Shown here one piece after another: positions 1-9,577 of a stretch of DNA of 64,000 nt. Each line of letters begins with the position of its first letter. Positions within the stretch are counted from its first letter, which is position 1. The translations under genes and the position numbers were made by a program. The notes beneath the pieces were generated by a model, which saw only the letters and a program-made list of their open reading frames with translations, had not been told where the DNA came from and did no database searches. The DNA is taken from positions 32,001-96,000 of the IMG/VR virus record IMGVR_UViG_3300046167_000921. One strand, given 5' to 3'. Origin of the DNA: a virus.

Positions 1-1
1 G

Positions 2-352
2 TCTGTAGATTGCCCTTGTGGAGATACCGCGTATGCGGAAGGGTCTCGACCTGTTTCTAGTATAGGATTCTCTTCAGAGGTTGAGGGCAGTATGAAAGCC
101 CAAACTTCTGGGATTGAGTCTTTTGATTTGGATTTTGATCGAGTTATTGGCGAAGAGTCAAAACAGAAATGGGACACCGTATATCGAAGGCAACGAGATA
201 AGTGGGATGTCCTCCATCAAAGTGACAGTGCCAGCGGCTACGATATTATGAGGCTACCTGACGGGAGCTATGGTTCTTTGCCTGAAAAAGCTAAGGTGTT
301 CCGAGAAAACCGTCAGGACAATATGAGAAAAATACGAACTCAGAACAAGTAA
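2..352 (+). CDS. 5'-truncated ORF, probable zinc-ribbon (FmdB-like) protein
   Basis: The frame of the 92..352 ORF is open back to the window edge (SVDCPCGDTAYAEGSRPVSSIGF...). CPCG resembles the second knuckle of a zinc ribbon. Confidence 0.45.
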   Translation, partial: SVDCPCGDTAYAEGSRPVSSIGFSSEVEGSMKAQTSGIESFDLDFDRVIGEESKQKWDTVYRRQRDKWDVLHQSDSASGYDIMRLPDGSYGSLPEKAKVFRENRQDNMRKIRTQNK

Positions 353-364
353 AGGAGTAGTCAG

Positions 365-3300
365 ATGGCTATAGAAAATAGTTACCTACCACCAGGTGTT
401 TACACAAGCACCGTATTTGGGAATCAAAACCAAAACCAAGCTCGACTGCAAGGCAGGGTGCCTACCTTAATCGGCACAGGTCGCCAGACCATCGAGAGCA
501 AGGGCAGTCTCCTCGTAAGAGGCTCGTCTGCTGTGGTTGATCAACGGATCGTAGAAGAAGATCCATCAGGCAGAATGGTTGCAGGAGAGAATCCCGATGG
601 GAGTTACACCTATCAGGACTTCGACGGCGAGACAAACCAACTTCAGGTCAGGAAATGGCCTATCGTCACGGGTGACGGGTCTGGGACTAACGCTACGGTT
701 CCTTCTTCTGTTACCGTGAGCATCAACGGCATTAACACTGTCGTTCTCGCAGTTGATGGTGCTGAAGGAGTTCTTACTATCGCGGAAGCCCCTAAGCAAG
801 GAGACGACGTAAGAGTTTCTTACTTCTTCAACCGCACGGACACTTTCGTAGAAGAGGAAAACCTTTCTAGTCAGGTGTCTCCTTTCGACACAGAACTTCT
901 CGGAAGTAGTTCCCCCTTCGTGATCGACAATACCTCTAACACTCTTATCTTAACTGTAGATGGTGTGACAGGTGTTATCACACTCCCTAACGGAGCTCAG
1001 GGTGATCGAGCGAACTCCCTCCAGCGTGTCATCGCAACCATTAATGGTGCAGGGCTTGCTTCTCTCGAAGCAGACTCCTACAAAGACACGGAAGGTGGCG
1101 ACAACCTCATCCTGACAGCAGAGGGGTCGATCCTTGTAGGTAACGGCACAGCTAACACCACTATCGGTGTTTACTTGAACCAGACAGGCAATGAACGCAC
1201 CCGCACGTTCTTTACTCAGTATGGCCCTATTGTAGACGGAACAAACAGTGGAGTTATTACTACCTCCACTGACAATGTGACCGTTAGGGTTGACGGGGTA
1301 ATTGTAGCGGTTGAGTCTGTAGACGGTTCAACGAACGCTATCACCCTCGCACTCCCCCCTAAAGTAGGTACTGTCATTAGTGTTGACTACTACCACAATA
1401 CTTTCAGAGATCAGTTCGACTACGTGTCGGGTCGTGACATCACCTCCATCGACAGAGTTTCTCTTGTCGCATCAGGCGGTGGCTCAGCGGCCTTGTTTGT
1501 CGAAGACGTGGACTTTGTACTCTCAGACGACAAGATTGTCTGGGGTACAGCGACAGTTGCCTCTGCGGGTGCAGTACAGAATGGCCAGACCCCTTTCGGC
1601 AACAACCAAGTGTCTCCAACTCTCCGAGATGAGAGAGCCTATCTTTTAGAGTGTTCTTCTGTAATTACGAATGCCGTCCCTCCTAGAGTCCTCCAAAACG
1701 TCTTTAAACTCCCCTTCCAGCCCGTTGACGGATCTGGTGCAGGGAAAGCCACTAACAGAGCTGATCTTGTCACAGTGAGGACAGGAGTCTCCCTCTCAGA
1801 CGCCCTTGTCAACCCTCTTGCAGTTGTGACTAAGGTTGACCCTCAGACTTCACAGGTAACTCTCGCCTCTGATATCCCTGCGAACCATAAGGTGTTTGCG
1901 AGCTTCTACTACTCCAATATTCAAGACAAGTTCGGAGATAAAGCGTATCGAGTCGAGGTTGAGTCTGCGGGAGCTTCTGGAGTTGGCACTTACTCTGTTA
2001 AGTCTTTAAACGAGACTCTTTATAACGTGACTCTTGAAGACAAAGGTACAGACCTTAGTGAAATCGCCTTGAACTTCCCTTCAGGGTCTGAGTCCATGTC
2101 AGGTGCTAGAGTTATAGGAGGCACCCCTGTGGCGGAGAATGTCACCGTTGAGCTTCGTAGTTACGACGAGACTCCTGCGATCTTCTTCACCGAAGGCTTC
2201 GGAGACTACTTCCTCGTCGAGGGTGCTTCAGACACTCTTGCTATTGAGGCAGACCTTCAGGCAATCACGATTGACTTCTCTGCCCCTATGGGTGCTGGTC
2301 GTAACGGTCACATTGCGACTCTTGTAAGTGACTTACTTACGTATGACGTTGCGAGCAACAACACTAACTACGGTGCGACAGCATTAACAAGAGCGGTCAC
2401 TCTCACTGTGGATGGCGTAACTCTCGCAGAAGCTTCTATTAACGGCGTAGGTGACGATGTTGAGACTTGGGTCGGTGCTATCAACACAGCAGCGAACGCT
2501 TCTGCACCTGTTTACACAGCCATGTCTAGCTTCTCTGCTTGGGAAGCGAAGGCAAATTCATATGCTGGCTTCAAGTTCCGTTTCGTCGGCGACTCGAATG
2601 GTGCTTCTGCCGTAGCCTCTGCCACGATTGGTGCGGCTGTTTACCTCAGCCCCGACGACCTCGCTAACGCTGTTGGCGTGGCGATTACTAATGCAATCAC
2701 CGCAGACATCGTTGGTGCAAACGCAGACTTTACAGGTCTTGATCTCAGTTGCTCTGCGGATAACACGGGCCGTTTAGTATTTAGTTTGGATTCTCTTCCA
2801 AACGCTAACGACTCATACGGATTTATTGAGTTCATCGCAGATACTGAAGATACGTTCCTCAGTATTGCAGGCGTAGACTTCGATACTCAGAACGCAACCA
2901 CGAATGGCAACGGCACTCAGACTAAGTTTGGTTTCCTCCCTGTCGCGGCACACTCACGCACCACCCTTACTTCAGGCGAGCTCCGTGACCGCTTGATTCT
3001 TAAAGGTAGGACTGTTATAGGTAACAAGTACTTCCCAACATCAGATCTAGGTGTATCTGTTGATCAGGGTGTGCGGGTCGAAGATGCTGGCCTCAGTGCT
3101 GGCGACTCCGCTGTTGCTTCAAGAAGATCTGTAGTTGATGCCCCAAGTGTCCTCCTTCGTTTGGGTTGGGGTGATGTAGACGCTCTTGGTATTCCTGCAA
3201 AGACACTGTACAGTGCTGGCAATGACCAGAATGACACTCTTGTTCTTGAGATTGACGGTAGTACTGTCACTATCAATTTATCAGATGCTACGGCTCAAGG

Positions 3301-5176
3301 TAATCTCACTTCAATTACAGATATCCTTGATGATGTAGTAATCGCGGTAGGTGTAAATGCCACTGCTCACATTGAGGGTGCGGGCATCCGTGTTATCAAT
3401 GCAAACTCTAACATTGATTCCTATATTAGAGTTGGTGCAGGTAACGGTAATTCATCTTTCGGTTTAACTGAGGGTGAGTCTGTTTCTTCTGTAGGTGTCA
3501 CCGCCCAAGCTTTGACCTCAGCTCTTATGAGTGATGTTGTTGCGAAGGCCTCTTTCGCAACTGCTCTCTTCTCTATTGAGCCAAGCACAGACGCAATCGC
3601 GGGTCACTACGCAGAGAAAGCTGTGTCTTACCTCCACGTAAACCAAACAGGTCGTAGTTTTGTTGGTTTCGAGAGTCTCTCAACTAGTACCAGCTCTATC
3701 CTTGAAGTTACAGGGGGTCGTGTTGCTACAACTAGAGGAAGTGGTACGAAGATCACCGTAGGCGACGGAGCTGTCGGAGAGAATGCGTATCAAGGGTTTG
3801 TGGTCACTTCCGATAACCCGAAGGGTTCGGGGTCAGCTAATGACTCACGCCTCAACGACGGTTCTGGCTCAGATGGTGTTGTAGGACAGACTTATATTGA
3901 TTCAGTAACAGGCCTCACCTTCTCCCTCCTCGCAAGAGAAGGTGGTTTGTCATACCCTACAGGTGTCAACGCAAGAGTTCTCTTCAGCGTATCCACTACC
4001 CTGACAACCGACGCTAATATTCCTGTGTCTCTCATACAAGGTGTTGAACTCACTGTGTCTAACACACTCAACACACAGGCAGGAGACATTGCTCTCGTAG
4101 AGACTTTTGTTAAGAGTGGTTCTGAGCCTTCTATAGGTCAGACCTACTATGTTGACTTCACCCGTGTTAGATCACTCTTTAACACTCGTACCTTCACCTC
4201 TCTCGGAGACGTGGTAGCCACCTATGGGCCTCTGAGTCCAGAGAACTCTTTGAGCTTGGGTGCTTACCTCGCGTTTGCTAATGGTGCTTCTGCAATTGCT
4301 TGTAGGCAGATCCCTCTCGCGAAGGGTCAGAGTATTGCTACCGAGGATCAAGTCATCTCGGCAATTTCTGGTGTTGAAGGTGAGATCACACCAGGTCTTT
4401 CACCTTCTGTGATTGTGCCTGTTTATCCTGCGACATCAGCAATCCTCTCCGCAATCTCTAACCATTGTGACATTCAGTCTTCACTTCGTTATCGTTCAGA
4501 GCGTCGTGCTGTTGTTGGCGTAAAACCTGGCACTCAGCCAAGAGAAGTTCAGCTTCTCGCACAAGCAACAGGAAACTCAAGAGTTTGCATTGTTTACCCT
4601 GACATCGCCACTCTTACTTTCATAAACGACGTGGGAGTCAGTCAGAGCTTCCTCGTCGGCGGTGAATATGTTGCGGTGGGTGTCGCTCTTGCTACAAGCA
4701 ACCCTAGTGTAGACAGTGCGACCCCTTGGACGGGTCGTGTAATCAATGGTCTTTCTTCACTTTCAAGAACTCTTGATGAGGTTGACGCGAACGCGACAGC
4801 TAAAGCGGGTGTGACTGTTATAAGTCAGAGAGCGGACGGTATCAAGGTCAGACATGGTTTGACCACAAACATGACTTCTACTCTCACTAAGACCCCTACG
4901 GTTATCCAGATCGCAGATGACGTTCAGATTCGATCTCGTAACCTCTTGAGTAGGTACATCGGTGTGAAGTACGTACCTCAGGTCATACAGCAGATTGAGG
5001 GTCGTTTGAACGCTTTCTTGAAGCAACTCGTCCGAGACCAGATCATCTCAACCTACACAGGCTTGAGTGTTCGTCGAGATCCCGAAGACCCAACCCAATT
5101 GAACGTGGAGGTCTTCTACAAGCCCGTGTACCCCCTCCTCTATATTCAATTCACCTTTACTCTTCAGGGTGGCTGA
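365..5176 (+). CDS. Giant contractile tail sheath protein with inserted beta-rich domains
   Basis: N-terminal YLPPGVYT and a sheath-like C-terminus (IQIADDVQ...IEGRLNAFLKQLVRDQII...DPEDPTQLNVEVFYKPVYPLLYIQFTF); SD AAGGAG upstream. Confidence 0.85.
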   Translation: MAIENSYLPPGVYTSTVFGNQNQNQARLQGRVPTLIGTGRQTIESKGSLLVRGSSAVVDQRIVEEDPSGRMVAGENPDGSYTYQDFDGETNQLQVRKWPIVTGDGSGTNATVPSSVTVSINGINTVVLAVDGAEGVLTIAEAPKQGDDVRVSYFFNRTDTFVEEENLSSQVSPFDTELLGSSSPFVIDNTSNTLILTVDGVTGVITLPNGAQGDRANSLQRVIATINGAGLASLEADSYKDTEGGDNLILTAEGSILVGNGTANTTIGVYLNQTGNERTRTFFTQYGPIVDGTNSGVITTSTDNVTVRVDGVIVAVESVDGSTNAITLALPPKVGTVISVDYYHNTFRDQFDYVSGRDITSIDRVSLVASGGGSAALFVEDVDFVLSDDKIVWGTATVASAGAVQNGQTPFGNNQVSPTLRDERAYLLECSSVITNAVPPRVLQNVFKLPFQPVDGSGAGKATNRADLVTVRTGVSLSDALVNPLAVVTKVDPQTSQVTLASDIPANHKVFASFYYSNIQDKFGDKAYRVEVESAGASGVGTYSVKSLNETLYNVTLEDKGTDLSEIALNFPSGSESMSGARVIGGTPVAENVTVELRSYDETPAIFFTEGFGDYFLVEGASDTLAIEADLQAITIDFSAPMGAGRNGHIATLVSDLLTYDVASNNTNYGATALTRAVTLTVDGVTLAEASINGVGDDVETWVGAINTAANASAPVYTAMSSFSAWEAKANSYAGFKFRFVGDSNGASAVASATIGAAVYLSPDDLANAVGVAITNAITADIVGANADFTGLDLSCSADNTGRLVFSLDSLPNANDSYGFIEFIADTEDTFLSIAGVDFDTQNATTNGNGTQTKFGFLPVAAHSRTTLTSGELRDRLILKGRTVIGNKYFPTSDLGVSVDQGVRVEDAGLSAGDSAVASRRSVVDAPSVLLRLGWGDVDALGIPAKTLYSAGNDQNDTLVLEIDGSTVTINLSDATAQGNLTSITDILDDVVIAVGVNATAHIEGAGIRVINANSNIDSYIRVGAGNGNSSFGLTEGESVSSVGVTAQALTSALMSDVVAKASFATALFSIEPSTDAIAGHYAEKAVSYLHVNQTGRSFVGFESLSTSTSSILEVTGGRVATTRGSGTKITVGDGAVGENAYQGFVVTSDNPKGSGSANDSRLNDGSGSDGVVGQTYIDSVTGLTFSLLAREGGLSYPTGVNARVLFSVSTTLTTDANIPVSLIQGVELTVSNTLNTQAGDIALVETFVKSGSEPSIGQTYYVDFTRVRSLFNTRTFTSLGDVVATYGPLSPENSLSLGAYLAFANGASAIACRQIPLAKGQSIATEDQVISAISGVEGEITPGLSPSVIVPVYPATSAILSAISNHCDIQSSLRYRSERRAVVGVKPGTQPREVQLLAQATGNSRVCIVYPDIATLTFINDVGVSQSFLVGGEYVAVGVALATSNPSVDSATPWTGRVINGLSSLSRTLDEVDANATAKAGVTVISQRADGIKVRHGLTTNMTSTLTKTPTVIQIADDVQIRSRNLLSRYIGVKYVPQVIQQIEGRLNAFLKQLVRDQIISTYTGLSVRRDPEDPTQLNVEVFYKPVYPLLYIQFTFTLQGG

Positions 5177-5180
5177 TTTG

Positions 5181-5192
5181 TAGTGTATTTAT
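5181..5192 (+). promoter_or_regulatory. Putative late-promoter motif TAR-N4-TYTAT (TAGTGTATTTAT)
   Basis: Exact match to a motif recurring upstream of virion-type genes; followed by a hairpin at 5189-5238 that covers the SD. Confidence 0.6.
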
Positions 5193-5240
5193 CCTCCGCC
5201 TTTTCTAGTTTAACACTACTAAGAGAAGGCAGGGATAACC

Positions 5241-6179
5241 ATGTATGACCATAAGATCCGAGAACTCCAAGGGAGGTTGCTTCGCTTAGAGCGAGTAGCT
5301 TCTCAGGGCGACGAGGGCAGGTTCTTTGACAACCCTCTGGTAAGGTCTGTCAGAGAGTTTGCCGAGTCGGAGGCGATCTCTAATGATCTTCAGGTATCAG
5401 AGAATGCTTCTGATACCTTAGATTCTGAGAAGTCAAAAGAGCTACTTAAAGCAGAATCAGTTTTCGCACCCCCAACTCCAGCAGAGACCCGAAAAAAGCC
5501 AGGTGGCGAAGAGTTTTCAACCCTGAATCAGTTTGTATTAGAGACTGAGGAGGGTGTGAGGATGCCCTCCCCCGAAAAAGCGGAGCAACCCCCTCAGTCT
5601 TTGGAGGAAGGTAAGCTGGATCTCAAGCAGAAAGCTGAGGATCGAGTGATAACCAGAAGTGAGAAGCTACGTGCTATAAGAGAAGTCATGAAAAAGAAGT
5701 CTAGCGGGGCTTGGCTTTTACGGCAAAGGTCACTCCAGAGAAGGAAAGAAGACAGTCGTTCTAATGGGAAACGTCGCCAAGACGATGAAGATGAGTTGAC
5801 GGACAGCCAGCGTGAGGTTCAGCGAGAGAAAAGGGACTATGAGAGGAGAAAGGAGAAAGAACAGAAAGAGAAAGAACAGAAAGAGAAAGCCAAAGAGGAA
5901 AGAAAGAAAAACTTAGATCAACGCAAGCAGGATCAAGTCAGTGCGAGAGCCCAAGCGAAGGAAAAGAAAATAAAGTCTTTAGAGCAACAGGCGAAAGGGT
6001 ACTCGAAAATGAAAGGAACCGAAAAAAGCCAATTTGTTAGAGTCGTGTACAAGCTACTCGACCGACAAGGCTCAAGTGGAGCGAAAGATGACCTGCAGTA
6101 TAAATTGAAGAAGACTAAAAACCCCGAAGAAAAAAGCCAAGAAATTATTCGAGCCCTCAACTCTCTACGAAAAGGATAG
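5241..6179 (+). CDS. Hypothetical K/E/R-rich protein, putative head-associated
   Basis: 312-aa ORF; N-terminal RELQGRLLRLERVAS tag; follows the late motif. Confidence 0.6.
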   Translation: MYDHKIRELQGRLLRLERVASQGDEGRFFDNPLVRSVREFAESEAISNDLQVSENASDTLDSEKSKELLKAESVFAPPTPAETRKKPGGEEFSTLNQFVLETEEGVRMPSPEKAEQPPQSLEEGKLDLKQKAEDRVITRSEKLRAIREVMKKKSSGAWLLRQRSLQRRKEDSRSNGKRRQDDEDELTDSQREVQREKRDYERRKEKEQKEKEQKEKAKEERKKNLDQRKQDQVSARAQAKEKKIKSLEQQAKGYSKMKGTEKSQFVRVVYKLLDRQGSSGAKDDLQYKLKKTKNPEEKSQEIIRALNSLRKG

Positions 6180-6182
6180 AAA

Positions 6183-6740
6183 ATGTCTACAGATCTTAAT
6201 CTTACAAGCGAAGACCTCATAGTAATGAAGCACGGTGACAGATGCCCCGTCACCGCAGGGGCGACCCTAAGAAGCACAGGGTGGAAAGCTGGCTATTGGG
6301 TGAAGTATGCTGAAAATGAAAACAGTGCTTCTGAGTTCACCGTGGAACTCGCAGACGGTGTGTACGCTACGGGTTTTTTGATGTACGGCAGTGAAGATTA
6401 CTCAAACGCAAGGCAAAGCAACTATAGGAACTTCACATCCTACCAGCAAAGAGGAGCCCTAGCATCTGCTTCAGGGGCATCTGTCTTGACCATGATTATG
6501 GGAGGCGGGAGATTTCTATTTTCTCAATTTGAGAGATTCAATCTTGACGTAAATGGAGACCGTACCATCCCTGCGAATTACGCTCTAAATGATAATCTTA
6601 AAGTGTCCGAGAATGGAGTTCTCTGCAACGACACGGACGCCCGTCTCCTAGCCAAAACGGGAGGGACACTAGCTCTCCTTGTTGGGGTCTGTTGTAAAAC
6701 TCCTGTGGATGGTAAATTAGGACTCGACCTGAAATTCTAA
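6183..6740 (+). CDS. Putative capsid decoration/cement-like protein (weak paralog of 15693..16274)
   Basis: Small beta-rich protein; YALNDNLKVSENGVLCND resembles YSAGDSLRASVNGYLTND. Confidence 0.45.
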   Translation: MSTDLNLTSEDLIVMKHGDRCPVTAGATLRSTGWKAGYWVKYAENENSASEFTVELADGVYATGFLMYGSEDYSNARQSNYRNFTSYQQRGALASASGASVLTMIMGGGRFLFSQFERFNLDVNGDRTIPANYALNDNLKVSENGVLCNDTDARLLAKTGGTLALLVGVCCKTPVDGKLGLDLKF

Positions 6741-6770
6741 ATATATAATAGGTTTTGAAAGGAGACAAAA

Positions 6771-7127
6771 TTGAGAAAATCACTACCAGGGATCGGGCAT
6801 TGGCAAGAGTTCGACAAGATAAATACGACGTTAGAAGTAAATTACACCGTAAAGGTACTAGCTTCAATTCGAGGCGTGACTTATCGTCGAATTGAAGAAA
6901 CGGAAACTAAAGGGATTTTCCACTTGAGGTTTTCTGTGAAGGGATACGGTGACTTTTTTTTGATGTATTCGGATTGCGACGAGGACTTCGCGAAGAAAGC
7001 AAAAAAGTCTTGGTCTGGCATCTTAAGTTATGTGGCCTCTCACCCCAATATCAGATGGGTGGACATTGAGTTCACACCCACTAATTCAATAATCAAGACT
7101 GTGATCTCACACTTAAGTAAGAAGTGA
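6771..7127 (+). CDS. Hypothetical protein
   Basis: 118-aa ORF with SD AAAGGAG before a TTG start. Confidence 0.55.
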   Translation: MRKSLPGIGHWQEFDKINTTLEVNYTVKVLASIRGVTYRRIEETETKGIFHLRFSVKGYGDFFLMYSDCDEDFAKKAKKSWSGILSYVASHPNIRWVDIEFTPTNSIIKTVISHLSKK

Positions 7128-7175
7128 AATTAACGAAAACTCTCCAAGAAACACACTAACCTATGTGGGCATAAG

Positions 7176-8051
7176 ATGAACAGAAAAGCAGGACACGTAA
7201 AAGATATAATCCTCGATGAGATCGAAAATAGAGAAGATGAACTTAAAAGATATATACTAGTCAACACCGAGTTGGAAGACCACCCTTTCTTCATAGAGCT
7301 TCTAGCAGGGAATTTAAAAAGAGCCTATAGGAAAGCAAAGGGCTTTAACTTGAAGCAGGTGGTTGCCGAAATCGGACAAAGCGTAGAGGCCAAGCTTAAG
7401 GTTGCGAACGAGGCTCATGTAGTAGAAGAGATCCGACAGTACGCCATCAACAAAGGTCAAGACCGTCTGCAAAGCATGATTGATAGTATCATTACCAACC
7501 AAGCTAGACTCATGATCAAAGGAAATTGGAGTCGGCCGCGAGGTGTTAAGGGGTTCTCTAATCTTGTAACAACAGCTATCAAATTGTATCGAAAGGAACT
7601 CCCCCTCTCGTCACATATACCTAGTAGGGTTTCCCGCACCGCCAAAACTAAGGCGGCTGAACATCTCTTGGATTGGTACTTCGACCAAATCGAAGAGAGA
7701 GTTGAAGACATGGGAGGGGTTTATGACATATTAGATATGTCAATCCTACTCAACCCTGATAGAGTCCTCCCTAAATCGCTAGAGGTTGGGGGGAGAAATT
7801 TATCTTATGAAGACTTCCTCAACCTCCTCCTAAAGGCGAGGAAGAAAATGCGGTTTGACCCAGATGTTTATCTCAACTATGACCCTCCCCCATCTGGAAG
7901 ACAGGGCTACCTGAGAGCCGAAGTTCAGGTGACTACCGACGAAGACACACGGACGCCACTTTTACTCTCTTTTGATATTAAAAGCGACCTGAGAAGAAGT
8001 CTAGAAGAAGATATTGAGCGTGTTCTTCAAGCGGCCTCTATGAATACATAA
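7176..8051 (+). CDS. Hypothetical protein
   Basis: 291-aa ORF co-oriented with neighbours. Confidence 0.6.
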   Translation: MNRKAGHVKDIILDEIENREDELKRYILVNTELEDHPFFIELLAGNLKRAYRKAKGFNLKQVVAEIGQSVEAKLKVANEAHVVEEIRQYAINKGQDRLQSMIDSIITNQARLMIKGNWSRPRGVKGFSNLVTTAIKLYRKELPLSSHIPSRVSRTAKTKAAEHLLDWYFDQIEERVEDMGGVYDILDMSILLNPDRVLPKSLEVGGRNLSYEDFLNLLLKARKKMRFDPDVYLNYDPPPSGRQGYLRAEVQVTTDEDTRTPLLLSFDIKSDLRRSLEEDIERVLQAASMNT

Positions 8052-8191
8052 GGGAACTACGAGAGATATAGTTGGAGAGATAGAACGTCAAAGACGTGGA
8101 TCAGAAGAGTAAGTCAAATAGATTTGATCTGGTTCGTGATACGATTTGGAAAAACCAAGAAGTACCTCCGCCTAATGGTCTGCTCGTAAGG

Positions 8192-8842
8192 TTAAGACTC
8201 AGACCATCTAAAGAAACGGTCATCCTCTTTGTGTGTGATCCCCTTACGCTTCACTTTACCTGTCTTCTTGCCCCGCACGTAACGTTCTAAAGAAGTGAAG
8301 TGCCTCCGCTCTAGGTCAGATAGATCATCAACTGTGATCTTTTCTTCAACCAAAAGCCAAAAACGACTCGCGGCTCGGGCTACCCAAAAGGCATCAGCTT
8401 GGTGGTTATTCCATCTCTTAGCCCCTTGACCTTCGGTAGCTTGCTTTGCGGCATCTACCATATCGCCTTTACCCATCTTCCAACCTTTGGGTCGATTAAG
8501 AAAAGCGGCGGCGTGGGCTTTGACTTGATTGGGTGAAAGATAAACCGTATCTACCTTTTCGAGCATGAGGGCTTCATTGCTATAGAGAAATAGACCATAC
8601 ATCCCTTCACTATAAAGGTCATTGAAGATAGGGGACTCAATACCTACCCTCATCGCATCATTCGGATATTTCTCTCTTATCTCTCGAATCAGTTCTTTCA
8701 ATCCATCCCTAAGGTACATGTACCTTGTTACAAAGACTTCAGAAGCCTCTGTCTTCATTGTTCCTTTGTCGAGGAAGCTCCCGTCATCGCGGATAAGCGT
8801 CCAGCCGAAGTTCCTTAGACTTGGGTCTAGTCCTAGTATCAT
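8192..8842 (-). CDS. ruvC: RuvC-like Holliday junction resolvase
   Basis: ILGLDPSL (catalytic D), VGIESP (E), SPNQVK, KGDMV and QADAFWVA (D) match RuvC motifs. Confidence 0.85.
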   Translation of the reverse strand: MILGLDPSLRNFGWTLIRDDGSFLDKGTMKTEASEVFVTRYMYLRDGLKELIREIREKYPNDAMRVGIESPIFNDLYSEGMYGLFLYSNEALMLEKVDTVYLSPNQVKAHAAAFLNRPKGWKMGKGDMVDAAKQATEGQGAKRWNNHQADAFWVARAASRFWLLVEEKITVDDLSDLERRHFTSLERYVRGKKTGKVKRKGITHKEDDRFFRWSES

Positions 8843-8868
8843 ATCAACCTCTCTGTTTTTATGGGCAA

Positions 8869-8880
8869 TAGTTCATTTAT
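8869..8880 (+). promoter_or_regulatory. Putative late-promoter motif (TAGTTCATTTAT)
   Basis: Exact match in a divergent intergenic region; followed by the hairpin AAGTTCCT/AGGAGCTT (8887-8915) over the SD. Confidence 0.6.
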
Positions 8881-8919
8881 AAGATAAAGTTCCTACACTG
8901 CAAGAAAAGGAGCTTCGAT

Positions 8920-9567
8920 ATGTCTGAGAAAGATATGGGTCTATTACCAATAATGTCACCTTTGTTCAATCTCAGGGAGACCTGTAAACAGATGTCTCTC
9001 CTCGAAGACCATTTGAATAATGTCAGGAAGAGATGCCCTGATTGTATCAGAAAGCACTTCCTTACGATAGAGGCACTGTTTGAAGAAGCAGTTTCTCTCG
9101 ACAAAGACCGTGAGTACGCGGAAATTCTTGATGGGAAAGCTCAAGATATCAGGGACTTGCAGGGGTCTTGGTTAGATGACGACAGTGACGAGAACTATCT
9201 CCTCGTCGCTCAAGCTCTCCGAGCTATCCGCAAGGAGTTTGCCCCGCTGTGTTTTGATGTCAGGAAACTTGCTAGGGTTGAGAGACTAAGTTCACAGCGA
9301 CATTTTTGTAGTGGGTATAGTGGTGTTTCTTTTTCTAACCTCAGAGATCTCGCGAAGAGAGCCACTAAAAGTGAAGTGGAAAAAGAAGATGAGGCAATCG
9401 CTTCCCTTGTTCGCAGGGACCCAAAGAAGAAACCGCCGAGAAAAGATCTTAGGGAGAATCGGTACAACACAGGCGACCGTGACCTTGAAGGCTTGGGGCG
9501 AGGTGACGGCGGAGACCCTCACCTTTCTAGGAGAGACAGGAAGATGAGTAGTCGAAGGTATCTCTGA
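8920..9567 (+). CDS. Hypothetical protein (CPDC helical N-terminus, basic tail ending SSRRYL)
   Basis: 215-aa ORF with SD AAGGAG. Confidence 0.6.
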   Translation: MSEKDMGLLPIMSPLFNLRETCKQMSLLEDHLNNVRKRCPDCIRKHFLTIEALFEEAVSLDKDREYAEILDGKAQDIRDLQGSWLDDDSDENYLLVAQALRAIRKEFAPLCFDVRKLARVERLSSQRHFCSGYSGVSFSNLRDLAKRATKSEVEKEDEAIASLVRRDPKKKPPRKDLRENRYNTGDRDLEGLGRGDGGDPHLSRRDRKMSSRRYL

Positions 9568-9577
9568 GGAGTAAAAT

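Noticed and set aside
8052-8290. Small plus-strand ORF 8096..8290 and possible read-through of 7176..8051
   Set aside because: No SD; it overlaps the 3' end of ruvC in antisense; no frame gives a convincing extension.
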